A stretch of DNA of 64,000 bases, taken from NCBI GenBank assembly GCA_964016885.1, contig OZ024740.1, forward strand, positions 313,534,001-313,598,000, given 5' to 3'. Of this stretch, positions 1 through 14,113 are shown one piece after another (within the stretch, counting starts at the first letter, position 1; every line of letters starts with the position of its first letter). Source of the stretch: Eledone cirrhosa. Its lineage: Eukaryota. Made by a program: the position numbers and the translations under genes. A model generated the notes under the pieces. The model made no database searches. It was not told where the DNA came from and saw only the letters and a list, made by a program, of their open reading frames with translations.

Positions 1-662
<662 letters not shown>

Positions 663-1439
663 TTAAAAGAATAGAGGTGTAACACACAAGTTATTATATA
701 TTGGTAAACGGAATAGAAAATGCTGACAAATTGTTCACAGTGAAAAATAGTTTAATTAGGAATAAGTGAGAATTAGTAATAGTATTGGTTAGTATTTAGT
801 TTTGGTTTTAAGTTTTACCGGTTGCGCATTATTGCAACTTTTCCGTTAAAATCCTGTGGATGGTCCTTCGGGAAACCTCAGGAACCAAAATGCAGAGAGC
901 ATCCAGAGTGATCCGCCGATCTTTACGCATGTTTTCCTCGGAAGGAGACCTTACTTTTGGGATTGCCCTCTATATAATAACTGCGCGAAATTCACACTTG
1001 GCGGTAGCGTTCAACGGGAGCTCCATTCTCAACGGCTGCCAAGCCAAGATTGAGCATCCCAGCGAAGCGCGCGCATGTTGTTTGGGAGTGAAGGAAGCAC
1101 CAATCACAACAGTGTTGCCAACAGCCGTACGAACAGTTTCTCTGCGTCCCCATCGCTTTGGAGACCTTACTTTTGAGATTACCCTCGTATATATGTATAT
1201 ATAAATATATATGTATATATATATACGTGTATATATATACGTGTGTGTGTGTGTGTGTGTGAATGTAGCAAAGATAATACGTCAGCAGTGACGTGTTCGT
1301 CAGAATGTCGTAATGCAGACAGCAGACATACAGACAGATATTATAAGGGCTCGACGGAGATCGATAACCGGCGCCTAACACCCCTTTAACAACAGAAAAT
1401 TGAAAACTAAAAGCTTTCTATCTCTGGATCTTCTATAGT

Positions 1440-2122
1440 TTTTTTGGGTCCTTATTTTAGTGTTCTGTCGTTTATTTTTGGTGCTCGTTGTCTAACTCTA
1501 TGTTTAGTCCTATGCTTGTTATATGAGCGGGTAGTGTTGCTGTTGTGAGGTTTGTTATTGTTGTCTCTATCTAGTATGTATTCCAGCTTCTCTTTATGTC
1601 CAGCCTTATGTAAAACTATGTTATAATAGTTTGCGTGTTCGTTAAAAATTTCTAGGTTCGAAGATAGTATACCCCTCAGAATATCCCGCCTATGTGCTAT
1701 GGTGTTAATTATGGATCGGGGGTGGTTTGAGTTATAACTAATGTAGGCTAGATTTTCGTTATTCTTATGGAAGAGTTCTATTAATCCTGTGTTTAGGTTG
1801 AGAGTAACATCTAAGAAATTTGCTTTTTCTTTAGTTAAGTTCGAAAGTGATACCTAGGCCTAGTTTTTTGAAGAATACTCTAATGTTTTTTCTTAATCTT
1901 TCCATGTTTTGATTATTTAAGCTTTTGGCTAGCAGGAGTGTATCGTCTCTGTAGATTCCTCCTTGGAGGTTATTGAATTCCTTATGTAAGTTGTGCGCTA
2001 TATATATTCCCACCACGTCCGTTATTTGCGCTGAGTCGTTAGATCCCATTGTGATATCGAAGCTACTCTGTCCGTTTTTTCCTTCCCAGTAACTATTTTC
2101 GAATCTAATGATAGTCCTTCTA
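1440..2122 (-). pseudogene. Penelope-like element (Naiad-like) reverse transcriptase fragment
   Basis: Minus-strand translation FDITMGSNDSAQITDVVGIY...GGIYRDDTL...KKLGLGITFELN*EKANFLDVTLNLNTG...YISYNSNHP shows PLE RT motifs (YRDD, FLDVTL, SNHP). It has an in-frame stop and is truncated by a (CA)n/(TA)n tract. Confidence 0.85.
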
Positions 2123-2142
2123 CTTATATATTTATATATATT

Positions 2143-2222
<80 letters not shown>

Positions 2223-2229
<7 letters not shown>

Positions 2230-2432
2230 GTGAGGTTTTTTTTACAAAATTAAAAATAACCGAGGTGTCCTACACGAGTGAAAGTATAAAGAAAAAGAGA
2301 TGAAATCGAAAATGCAACTGGAGTCTTATTTTTAAAAAAAATATATATATTTATTTAGTTCCTTTACCGGTTTCGCAGTTCTTCTGCTTTTCAAAAGGTG
2401 AGTTGAGATGGAGGGTCTGTGGTTTTTTCTCA

Positions 2433-2435
<3 letters not shown>
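2223..2435 (-). mobile_element. About 213-bp HHR-carrying element (family A, copy 1) in (TA)n
   Basis: Near-identical copies with the same ends at 25433-25725 and 50537-50748, all flanked by (TA)n. Confidence 0.8.
2361..2398 (-). ncRNA. Minimal type I hammerhead ribozyme, U3:A8 variant
   Basis: Reverse complement reads CCTT-TTGAAAA-GCAG aagaa CTGC-GAAA-CCGG-TA-AAGG. Confidence 0.75.
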
Positions 2436-2498
<63 letters not shown>

Positions 2499-2782
2499 GT
2501 AAGGGTAAAGAACCCCCTTCGGTCATAAATGACCATGAGATTTGTACGAATCTCTGTGACATACTCGACTTATAATATGTTGGTTAGTGTACGATTGTTT
2601 GTGCTTTATCCATTTTATTTGAGAATTAACAAGATATATTTAATAAAAGTTAATGTTATCTTATATTCGGATTCGATTGACATTATAACTTATGGTTTCA
2701 AGCTATAAGACTTAGTAATAAATCCTAAGTAAATTATATTACTCATACAGTGCATAATAAGATAGACATGTGCTATATAATG

Positions 2783-2945
2783 GTTTCTTATATAGGCACA
2801 AGGTCAGCAATTTTGGGGGAGGGGAAAGTCGATTAAATCGACCCCAGTGCGTGACTGGTACGTTATTTTATCGACCCCATAAGGATGAAAGGCAAAGTTA
2901 ACCTCGGTGGGATTTGAACTCATAAAGGGCCGCAATTCTATGCTT
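2783..2945 (-). mobile_element. tRNA-derived SINE (family S1), partial
   Basis: Reverse complement has B-box GAGTTCAAATCC and the GCCTTTCATCCTT..GGGGTCGATAAAAT central domain shared with more than 10 copies in the window. Confidence 0.75.
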
Positions 2946-3749
2946 GATGCGTTAAGAAAAAATAATAAGAAAAAATAAATGCCATATTTGAAATCAGCAC
3001 CTGAAAATTAGCTAAAAACAATAACAAAACCCAAGTCAGCAACAAGTGTGTTGACCAGTGTTATAGACGAATGCAGTAAAAACATCCCGCTTTGTTCTCT
3101 ATCTACATTTCCGTCGTTTTCTTCTATAGGTTGCGGGTTGATGACTAAATTATTCCTATGTGTTCATATAAGCAGACCTGTCAACTCTTCCCGTCTGACG
3201 GGGAGATCTCCCACACACTTTGGGGTGGATGAGAGATGTCTTCTCTTGTAAAATTCTCCCATTTTGCCTCATTTCTTCCCGTTTTGGGGCACTTTTTTCA
3301 TGATACTCCCCGTTTGGGTTTTTAGAGTTTGGCAGGCCTGAATAAGTAAATGTCTGTAGTTTATTCTGTCCTACACCGTCTTGTTTTTGTGGGGTCAATA
3401 ACTGTAATTATAGAGAAATTTCATTTTTAAGCCTCTCAGGTAAAATCTGAGGTAAGTGTCTGGCAAAAAGATGTAAGGCTATTGACAATTTCAAACCAGA
3501 TGACGAACAGCCGATTCACTCTGCGGCAAGTTTTTGAGAAATCGTGAAAGTATTAGGTAGTATGTATGTATCGTCCCGTAACTCCTGATAGAGTCATAGG
3601 GGCGCCGTATTGACATACGGCGTTTCTTGGGCCTTTTAATCCTGGTGGAGCTCATCCTTCTACAGGCCTGAGTACAGCAGATTTCTTCCAGAGAAAGATA
3701 GAAAGTGAGAGAGAGGAAATGAGAAAGAGATATAGAGGAAGAATCAACT

Positions 3750-3900
3750 CCAGTACTAGACTGGTACTTGTTTTACCGACCTCGAAAGGATGAAAGGCAA
3801 AGTTGACCTCGGCGGGATTTGAACTCAGAGAGCAGAGAGCCGAAATAAATACCATAAAGTATTCTATCCGACGTTCTAACGACCCTGCCAATTCATCGCC
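3750..3900 (-). mobile_element. SINE S1, diverged copy
   Basis: Same central domain and B-box. Confidence 0.65.
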
Positions 3901-4009
3901 TATATTAGGTAGTAAGGTGGCTAAATTTAGGGTTTTTTTTTCCACAAATTTCCAATACAGTAGGGTGATATTTGTAATTAAAATTAGAAGCTGGTATATC
4001 ATGTTAATT

Positions 4010-4185
4010 CAACAACAACAACAACGATGACGACGACGACAACAACAACAACAAACGGCAGCGTCAATAACAAGAACAACAACAAAAACAACGCAAATTA
4101 CAACAATAACAACAACTTAAACTACAACAACAATAACAAGTAAAGCAACAACTACAACAATAGCAGCAGCAACAACAGCAACGAC
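4010..4185. repeat. (AAC)n-rich low-complexity tract
   Basis: Direct reading. Confidence 0.85.
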
Positions 4186-7100
4186 GTATGACCTTGAACC
4201 AAAGTTAGAAATCAATATCCAGTTTGTCTACGTGCTGATTATATGTAACAACTCTTAGCTAACTCTCCACCGTGTCGTTAGTACATAATGACTCTTAGCT
4301 GTCCCCACCGTGTTGATAGTTGTCTCCACCATGTCGTTCGTATAGTATATCACAACTGTTCTCTACTGTGTTGATAGTTCCCTTTCCAATTGTTATTTTA
4401 GTGGGTTGGTTATTGGATTATTTACTCCGGTAAATACCACTGCATGCCAACCACTAATTTAATTCAAAAGAAGACATAGAAGAATTTTATATGATTTTTT
4501 TCCTAGTTAGAATTACCTCTCTACATTCAACGTAACAAAGTGAAACATGACGAGTATTTCAAACGAGTATCAATAACAGTTTGTATTTTTATTGTGGTGT
4601 GTGCATTACATATTGGTAATAAAATCATGAAGTAATAGAATTGTATCCTGAAATACAAGATAGAATTGGAAAAAGCTTAACATATTTGTGCTCGGTGAAG
4701 TCAGTTCAAGAGCCTGCTGCCTAAGAGAGGAAGATTGCCCTTTTCTCTTTCTTTTATAATACCTGGAACGGAAGTCCAAGGAATGTTCTAGAAATTCTAT
4801 AGGAAGTAACTCTAGCTACATCCCTTTATCTAGAGAGCGCTACATTATCACCTAGAGCATTCAAACCGTGACACACCTGACTTTTTCGAGCTGTTATCAC
4901 CTATGGTATTCAAACCGTAACACACCTGACTTTTTAGAGGCATCTAGGACTACATTATATATCTCCTAGTTTTTCTTGCTGCTACTTTTTGCAGAATGGG
5001 CTACCACCCTATCGAATACATTACTCGAAGGACTCCTCGGATGGACCCATTTAGGTCGCATTCTTTCGGCGATTACCCAAGATTCATGACCATAGGTAAG
5101 GGTAGACTTGGACACCGAATTGAGGATAATGAGGTTTGCTTTTACACCTACCCCTATTCTTCTGATATATGGTGGGTAAACTAGAAGGTTAGTATGATCA
5201 CATAGAAACCTTCTGGTTGGTTCGTCGACTCATCGTTGTAGTTTTCAATTCCAGGTAAGTCCTTATCATCTAGGACTACACTATATGTGTCCTTCTACTT
5301 TTTAGGATAGTGAATGTTTAAATCTGGCTGCTATTTCTTGCAGGATGGGTGACCACATAGAAACTGTCTAATTGGTAAGTCGCTTGATCGTTATAGTTTT
5401 CAACTCCAGGTAAACCCTTATCAAGTAAAAATATAATCAAAGGAGATCAAGCCGTGTCCATTTTGTCTTTTTACAGGTAGTGTGCACACAGGGTAATATT
5501 TTCTAATATAGCCTTCTTTTTTAAAGAGGGGAAACTTTAATTTTATAGATATACCGCTGCTATTTTTAACATGTCAAGCAACTGTGTAGAGGCTCTCTCG
5601 TTCGCTAGTGCTTTTGTTGTTTAGTTTTAATTTAGCGTTCACTGAGCAAGCAACGTCTATTCAACTGCAGTCATCTCATCTATTTGAGAGACATTTAACT
5701 ACTATTTCTAACAGGACGAGAGACAATGTAAATATAACGATACTGTTGTTGTTATTTAGCCACAGATCAGCAATGATCGAGATGACCTATGATGAAAGGT
5801 GTTCTATTCACGACTATCCCGTCTTTTCACAAATTCAGCATATGCTACACTTTTTTAAAGACAGTAGGGTGTGATTCGAGGTAGATTGGACAGCTCCTTC
5901 TAGCAACTCCAGTGACTTCGTAGAGGCTTCATTTGCTTGATATAGTGGATACTTCTCTAAGTTATGTAGTGTCATTCTCCAACTCTGAAACATAAATAGC
6001 AAATAATTGTATTATTTCCAGCAAAGATTACTATTCCATGAAATAAGATGTCTGAAAGGAATTAATAAAAAATATTATGGCCAGGAGGAATATGATAGGA
6101 ATAAATCTATACACTCAGCGATATCATAATTAACGACAGCACTATCAACAACAATGACAATAACAAGAATAATTATAACTAATGTGGACCTGTAGACATT
6201 CTATATTTTATGAATGTTCTTACTTTTATGTTGATGCTAACATTTATAGATTTTCATAACATTGTTTCATTATCTGAATGATTTCAATTATATCTTCGAT
6301 TTCGTTTCATAGTTAAGGTTGTTTAAAGCGGAACACTAGGATTTGTTTTATATATTAAAGATGTTTTTTATATTGTAGATTTCGTTGAACACTTTGCGTG
6401 AAAAGTAGACTGATATTATGGATGATCAGCAATATAGGTTAAAATCTGCCAATGGTAGTGCCCCAGCATGGCCTCAGCCTGTCGGTTGGAACACGTAATA
6501 GAGTAATAGAGTAAATGTTGAGAAGGGAAAAAGGAGTTATAATCAATCGTAGTAAATTACTAGTATTTTCTCAAGATAATGTAGGAGGTGATTGCTTGAC
6601 TTGCGAGAAATAGCAGCCAAATCTCTCTTCCTTCTTTGTAACATCAGATGCACGAATGACTCCAGGTAACTTTCTATCCAAGCAATAGGTGCTTATCATA
6701 CATTTTCAGTTATTTCTTTTACAAGTGGTCAACTTGTCGACATAATCTTGACAAGTTCACCATACCTGCCTAGGCACCCAAATCATAAAGAGACGGGAAA
6801 ATCAGCACAATATTTTGTCCAACGCTCTAAAATGTCCGCCAATCCACCGCTTTAGACGTGGATTTTATTTCATGTTGACCATAAAATCAGAAAGTAAAAA
6901 GCCGGTAACATTTTTTCCGACATTAACTGCTTTAAAATTTGCCCACCTTGAAAAAGGAAGAACATATTTAACAAATTAGTAAAACATTTATAAAAGATGA
7001 GATGAACTTATCTGGAACGCCTTATATCATAGCTCTGCTCAATTAGAGCCGACTTGACAATATCTTCTTTATCGACCCCGAAAGCACAAAGTTGACTCTG

Positions 7101-7399
7101 GTTGCCTTTGAATGCAGAACGTAAAACGACGTAAAATAAAGGCTGTTAGGTAAATTGTTCGTTGTTCTACCAATTCTAGCATTCACAGTTCTTAATCTAT
7201 ATTTATTGATTTCTAGCATAGGGACCTGACTACATGTTTGATAGAAACGGTGTAGTCGATTTACTTGACTCCAAATGATAGGTTTCTATTTCTTCAACAC
7301 TTTAATGATGAAAGACAAAGTCAAACCCAGTAGGATTTCAACTTAGAACCCATGAATGTAGTCTTTCCACCTCGTACCACATTATCTTAGTTACATTAT

Positions 7400-7584
7400 C
7401 TGCCGTGAATTGGCAGTATCGGTAGAGGGTTGGACGCCATGCTTTCTAGCACAGTTACGTTCTTTTACGGTCTGAGTTCAAATCCCGTCGAGGTTAACTT
7501 TGCCTTTCATCCTTACGGAGTCGATAAAATAAAGTACCAGTAATGTACTAGTTAATTGTTGGCCTTGTGCCAAAATTAGAAACA
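7400..7584 (+). mobile_element. SINE S1, full length, with 19-bp TSD
   Basis: ATTATCTTAGTTACATTAT at 7381-7399 and 7585-7603; A-box TGGCAGTATCGG and B-box GAGTTCAAATCC. Confidence 0.9.
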
Positions 7585-9408
7585 ATTATCTTAGTTACAT
7601 TATGGTTAGTTTCGTTGTAGTATTTGATACTGCTGTTGCTATCGTTGCTTTTATTGTTGTTATTATTGTGATAATGTTTGAAGTTGTTGCTCATGTTCAT
7701 GTGTTTGATACTTCCCTTATCATTGTTTTAAGTGTTGTTATAGTCGTTGTTGTTATCACAGTTGGTGTTATTGTTGTTGCTACTGTTGTTGTTTTCATTT
7801 AAGTTATTGTCCTGATTATTGTTGCTATAGTTGTTGTCACTGTTACTGTTGCATTCTACTATTGATACTTTGTGATTCTGTTGTTAATATAGTTATGTTT
7901 GTAGTTATTCTTCTTATTGATATTGCTGCATCTGGCATCTTTTCGACAGCAACATGTTTTACTTTCTTCTTACTGTTTGTGTTCTTTTTTTATGCACGTC
8001 GTCATCTGAAACAGAGGAATTTTGGTTCTGTTCTTATGTTGGTGTTTTGTTTTGTTATTGTTGATGTTTTAGTTGCTGTTAGAATTGAGTGCATTTCATT
8101 AGCATTCTAGGGTTGATGTTTCAGTCCTTCCTAATTGCACATTCTTTACACGTGACTTAACACACTTCTTCTCTTCCCACGCTTCCGAAATATGATGCTT
8201 TACTTTCACAGTTAATTTTCTCCAAAGATCAAATGCAATGGCTTTAAAAGTTCTAACTAACATGCAACTGCGCAAAATTTACCATACAGTAACTGGAGAA
8301 AAATGAAATAGATATATACGAATTTTTATTCTTTTATTTCACACAGAAAAACCTATTTTATAAATATATCGTCTCTAGTCACATAACACAGTTACCTTTT
8401 TTGTATATTCAATTAGTTTCATAAATATACGTTCATAAATATACGTTCCTAAATATACGTTCTAAATGTTGAATTGGTGGGGGAAGAAAACACGGATTTT
8501 ATCTGAGATTCAACCAATGCTGAACTTGACTCTCTGTAAGTTGTACCATTCTTAGACATTTATATTCTGGATGACGTTTGATGCAAGACCATGAAATATT
8601 GTCATATTATGTAAATGTCAGTGGGCCTCTATCATATCTTTCCATTATTTCTCAAAATTTCAAAACAACAGGGAATTTCGAAATCTGGAACTGTTGGAAA
8701 CATTTAAGGCTTGAAAACTGTTTGAAAGACAGAGCATTTCTGGCAGGTGTAGCCAAGTGAACACTTGTGTTAATATGGGCAGTCGTATAGTTATTGTTTA
8801 TCTCCAGTTCAAACTTGGTCGAGCAAGCCTGCAATAAAAACTATTTGCCTTCATTGTATATTTATGACTATATCGTTCTTTTCATTTTTACATAAGAGGA
8901 TAGGGTGGGATTTTTATCCGGTCAAGCGAACACCTAAACGTTTTCTTGTTGTCTCGATAGCATATCCTTGAATTTGGAGTGGCTTCACATAGCAAAGGGA
9001 TGAGAAAACACTTTCAAATAAACCGTCTTGAACAGTTCTTTTGGATGTAAATCTGACATTAAAGGTTAAAGTGAAAACTTATTGTTTATTTTATCGATCC
9101 ATTACGCCCAGACGAATGGTATTTCTCAACATGTTCAGGAATTGGGCTATAGTGTGGTGAGATTAATGCTGTCAATCATCAGCTTATGTGTTTCAAGGTT
9201 AGTTATTAAGGTGGGCGGAAAAGGGAAAAAGAAAGATTGAAGTAAATATTTAATACAAAGCCGTATGTGACAATAAGGGTGTTAGACAATAAGGAATAGA
9301 CGCTTAGCGGGATACACAGTCCTCAATGTAAGAAGAGCAGATGTTTGTAGAAATCATCAGTACGCCAAATGAAATTTTAGTAGAATACAAGTTAATATTG
9401 ATATAGAC

Positions 9409-10769
9409 CAGTGGTTCACAAACTTTTCTAAATTATTTTTCGGCGGTCCCCTTACCATTTTTTGGATACCCCGCGGTCCCATATCATATGGCAGCATTTC
9501 CAAAAATTTTCAAAGACAGACTTTTATGAAATGCATGACAATTCTACTACGATTTAATTTAAGTAGTATCAAAATGCCCAAAACTGCTATCACGTTCAAT
9601 GCTTTCTAAAGAGGTTTTGCTAATTGGATATGCGTTTTTATAGAAACAATTGTTGAATATGTACTTATTCAAGTAGATTCCTCACCAGTAATACAGAATT
9701 GATTTGAAATCACACAACTGTTAGTAAACCAACGCGATTGCGATTGGCTGACTAAGACCTTAAAATTTCAAGGAATCGAGGTCGTGTAGCTAAAGCTACT
9801 GAACAGAGGCAAAAATGAAATTGTTGAGGCATAAATCGTACCAAGTACTGGACACGTTTCGAACTGTTAGTCCTCATCAGCTACACTCAGTAACTCCTAA
9901 ATAGGAGTTGAAATACCGAAAATACAGCACAGATAAAATCTGTACTACCCTCAATAAATTCCTCGAATTAACGCCTCCTCAGCTTTGTAATCAAAATAAA
10001 GCAAAGTAAACAAAATGGGATATCATAAATACGGGAAGAAGAAACTAGCTATTGCAAAGTAAGTCTCGTTTACAAAACCTAACTATTTCCTCCATTTGGG
10101 GAAAAACACAATTCGTAGGCAAAATATATATTTTTTCATGACAAAAATCATTCAATTTAACGAAGTACTTTAATAAGATAATAGTCCTTTGTTTGGACCA
10201 TAAATCAAATTTGGCCGTTTACCAGCCTGATACATAAATAGATGAAACAGGAAGAAAAAGATAAACGAACTTACATTTAAAAAATGGAGTTAAGATGTGC
10301 TTGTAAAGAGGGAGATTCGTAAAGCCAAGTTATGTTTATGAAACAAGAATCGCATCAATGTAAAGACCACTTGCAAAAAGAAAGTCTTCTAACTCAGGTC
10401 AAACTGTAAATAAATAACTTTGTTTGGTAGTAAGTCTGCAATCGTATCACGTGAGACAAATATTGAACATACAGGTGTATACGCCGGGGTACATTGCGTC
10501 TGCGCATGTACTTAACGTACCTGCATTGGTTATCCATACCCCTGCCATACCTGTCTAGACAGGTATTAACATGCTATCCGCATATAATGCAGGAATGAAC
10601 CTCCTATGGTTTGCATGTTCGCGTCAAATGTTTATTTAAGAAAAATTGCTTCCTAGATTTAAAACTTCAATCACAGTATACCATGAAAATTTGGCTTTGT
10701 CTTCGGGGTCTCCCCAAAATCGCTTCGCGGTCCCCTAGGAGACCACAGACCCCAGTTTGGGAATCACTG
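9409..10769. mobile_element. Non-autonomous hAT (Charlie-like) DNA transposon
   Basis: TIRs CAGTGGTTCACAAACT / AGTTTGGGAATCACTG (14/16 match), perfect 8-bp TSD ATATAGAC (9401-9408 and 10770-10777), and subterminal GCGGTCCC repeats. Confidence 0.9.
9841..9890 (-). ncRNA. Type I hammerhead ribozyme motif inside the hAT element
   Basis: Reverse complement reads ctgagtgtag-CTGATGA-GGACT aac AGTTC-GAAA-CGTG-TC-cagtacttgg; helix I is GU-rich with one mismatch. Confidence 0.65.
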
Positions 10770-11236
10770 ATATAGACGTATCGTCATGCAGTAGGGTCTC
10801 GGATATGTAATATAGGGTGTCGAAAGAACTAAATATATCCATGCGAATAAGAGATATTTTCTAGGGCTGTTTAAAATCTAAAAACAAGTAATGGTGTTAA
10901 CTTCAATAAATTTATCTAAATGAAATAGAAAATGTATCACGAGAGTGTATTTAGTTTTTAAACAAATTGTTGAAATTTACGGATATCTTTCGGTCATATT
11001 AAACCTCCACAGGTAAACATAATGAAGATCGTTAGGGAACGCAGTGAAGGGATTATGAATATCAAGTGATATTATTTTACTTATTTTCATTATATTTACT
11101 AGAGCTTGTTAGACTCTAAACATCTCCTGAGGGAGAATTTGTCTACTACTTGCATGAATAATCGCAGATAATCGAAGTTTTTTTCAATATACCATAGTAT
11201 ATATGGGAAACTTTATAGTATTTGTAGTAAGTATAA

Positions 11237-11319
11237 AGAAGAAGAAGAAGAAGAAGAAGAAATAGAAGAAGAAGAAGAAGAAGAAGAAGAAGAAGAAGAA
11301 GAAGAAGAAGAAGAAGAAG

Positions 11320-11349
<30 letters not shown>
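11237..11349. repeat. (GAA)n microsatellite
   Basis: Direct reading. Confidence 0.97.
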
Positions 11350-11350
<1 letters not shown>

Positions 11351-11600
11351 CTTTGTTGAGTTATTGTCATAGCTCTGTTTTGAACGGCATGGTTGAGTTC
11401 CATTAATAAATGCATATTTACCTCATAAGCAACTACTATACAATCTATAACAAAAGTTATATTTACATATTAGAACAGATTCATGGATATATAAACAAAG
11501 AATTGATCCCTTAAGTTGTCACTCTACCTGCTAGAAATAGTAATAAGATCCATCTCAAATTTCACACTAACACCTTAAAGTTATTTGGTACTTGACTTCC

Positions 11601-11659
<59 letters not shown>

Positions 11660-11691
11660 AGATCAAAAGATGGTTAAAAGAGTTCCATGTA

Positions 11692-11758
11692 TTTTATTAT
11701 GCGCATTTCAAAAACAAATATCATCATGCAATAACATTTGCTTTTTCGTCAGATAAAA
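11692..11758 (-). ncRNA. Type I hammerhead ribozyme (PLE pLTR, family B)
   Basis: Reverse complement reads TTTTAT-CTGACGA-helix II-GAAA-TGCGCA-TA-ATAAAA. Confidence 0.85.
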
Positions 11759-12752
11759 TAGGGAGACATGATATGAAGGTTAAAACACACTTGTGAATAG
11801 TGCAGTTTTAAATCAACATATGAAAAGTAGTTTTAGATTGATGTGTGATATTGGGAAAAAATTGAGAGGGGTGGGTGGGGGTGGGGGGTGGAAAGGATGA
11901 AAAAGAGGAGGAGATGAGAGTAAAAAGTGGAGGGGGAGGAGTATAATGAGGAAGGATGAAATAGGAGGAGAGATGGGTGATAGAGAGAGAGAGGTAGCTT
12001 TTATAACTGAGAAAAATATATTGTTTTACATAGAGAGGTTGAAAAACCGTTGGAAGATAATATATAAATTAAAAGAATTTGAAAATTAACGAAGAGAAAA
12101 ATTTTAGAATAATGTTAAATTAAGGTTTGTATATTTAAGGGTTTAATAATATGTGCGATGAAAAGAAATTGTTAATATGTATTAAGAATAATATTTAAGG
12201 GTTTAATAATATGTACGATGGAAAGAAATTGTTGATATGTATTATTAAAAAATATAAAAATATAGCAATAGTAATGTAATTAAGGATATATTGTGAAAGA
12301 AGTAGAAGAGAGGATGAATAAGTGTAATATGTATAAGTTAGATGAGCATGAAAGGGAGAAAAAAATAATGAATTGAGGATGAATAATCTAACGTCAAAAA
12401 AGTGTTTATGTTTACGAAGGATTTTTTTAAGGTGATATAAAGTAAGAATATATTGTGCTGTGTAATAATTGTTTCTACGTTAAGCACAATGATAATTGAG
12501 AAGTGTCTAGGAAGAAAAGGTACAGATTAGAGGTTCGAAATTAAAAGAAAGAGAAAAGAAAAGAAAAAGGAAAAAGAAAGAAAGGGAAGTGATAAATAGG
12601 AGTGAAATAGAATGAGTAACTAGTATTATATAATGTATAATAAATAGCATTGAAATAAGGTAGAAAGATGGGTATATTTTAAAGGAAATATATATGTATA
12701 TATATATATGTGCCTTTGAGAAAAGGATTTTAAATTGGTAAAGTATTAGATA

Positions 12753-14113
12753 TTAGCTGTATACTTTATGGAATATTCTGTGGAATTTATGCAAGCAGAG
12801 AGAGAACAAGTCAGTGTGTCTATTTATTATAGAATCTAAATTAGATATAATGGTAAATTTTAACATAAACAGAGATTGTATGTCTTGGATAGAGAACTGT
12901 TCAAGTATGGGGAAGCAGAAGAAACCTTTTTCCAAGAGATGTTATAGTTAATATTTTTGTCTTTCAAGGACCATATGAGTTCTGAGAGTGCCGTGTTGGT
13001 TCCTTTAAGTTGATATTTAAAAGACGAATGATGATTATAAAGACGAGCTTTAAAGGAGGTGGAAGTGGAGCCAAAATAGGTAAAGGAATTGGTGTCAGTT
13101 ATAACTTTACATTCGTAGATTAAGTTCTTTTCAAGACAATGGTTGTTGAGAGGACATTTATTTTTAACAGGGCAATTGCAATTGCGTTTAGAGAGATTAA
13201 CAGAGTTATTAACAAGCGACCTAGTGTTATCTATAGAAGAGATTGGATTGGAGAAGTTATTTACGATAGGAATAATAGTTTCTTGATTTAGAATGGGATT
13301 AAGAACATTTAGCGAAGGTGCGTTTGACGTTGTATTTGGGTTTGCAGAAATTAGCCTAGAGTTAACAATGACGTCGGGAGTACTATTACTATTATTATGA
13401 TATTCAGTGTTGGAAGGAAGAGATTTAGTATTTAGTATTTTATTGTTGTGTTTAGAGATAATGTTGGAGATGTTGGAGGAGGTCGAATAGGAGAATTCTA
13501 TAGTGTGTTTGTTAAATATTTTACTATAGATATGTGAGGGAGGGAAGCATTTATTTAAGGCACTAAAGAATAATTAGGAATATTATTATTAATAGAGATG
13601 GAGAAAGGAGCATTATACCAGATTATGTTTTTGTATCTAGGTCTTTTATTAAAGTTATTGGAAGGATCATGATTAATTATTCTACTGTAAGATCTTCTAG
13701 AATTTGTTTCTTTACTATATTTGATTTTATCAGGATAACCGGCTTTAGAAAGCGCGTTATTATAGTAATTGGCGTTAGCATCAAAGATGTTTTTATTAGA
13801 AGATAGGTTAGATATTCTTTTTCCAATATTACTAACTATAGCATTCTTAATATTAGTGGGGTGGTTAGATTTAAAATTAACATAATTTAGGTTCTCATTG
13901 TTTTTATCGTAAGGGTAATATAGGCCAGTGTCAAGATTAAGAGATACATCCAAGAAATTAGCTAGTTTGATGCTGTTATCAAATTCAATTTTTAAGTTAT
14001 GTTGGTTAAAGAGATTACGTTCTTAATAATATTAAGGTTAATTATGTTGCAATTTAAGATAGTAAAGAGTCCATCGTCACGATAAATTCCACCGCGAAGT
14101 TGAGGAATTTTCC
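12753..14113 (-). pseudogene. PLE polyprotein remnant: RT C-terminal half, Cys-rich linker and GIY-YIG endonuclease
   Basis: RGGIYRDDGLF; FLDVSLNLDTG..KSNHP; IIWYNAPFS; NCNCPVKNKCPLNNHCLEKNLIYEC..TYFGSTSTSFKARLYNHHSSF..TALSELIWSLK; NLCL..CLH; several frameshifts. Confidence 0.9.

Noticed and set aside
3048-3420. Short ORFs and a possible splice acceptor near 3129 as a host exon
   Set aside because: No recognisable domain and no consistent exon chain
13130-13185. Selenocysteine recoding in the PLE linker
   Set aside because: The Cys codons are TGC/TGT and no in-frame TGA was seen
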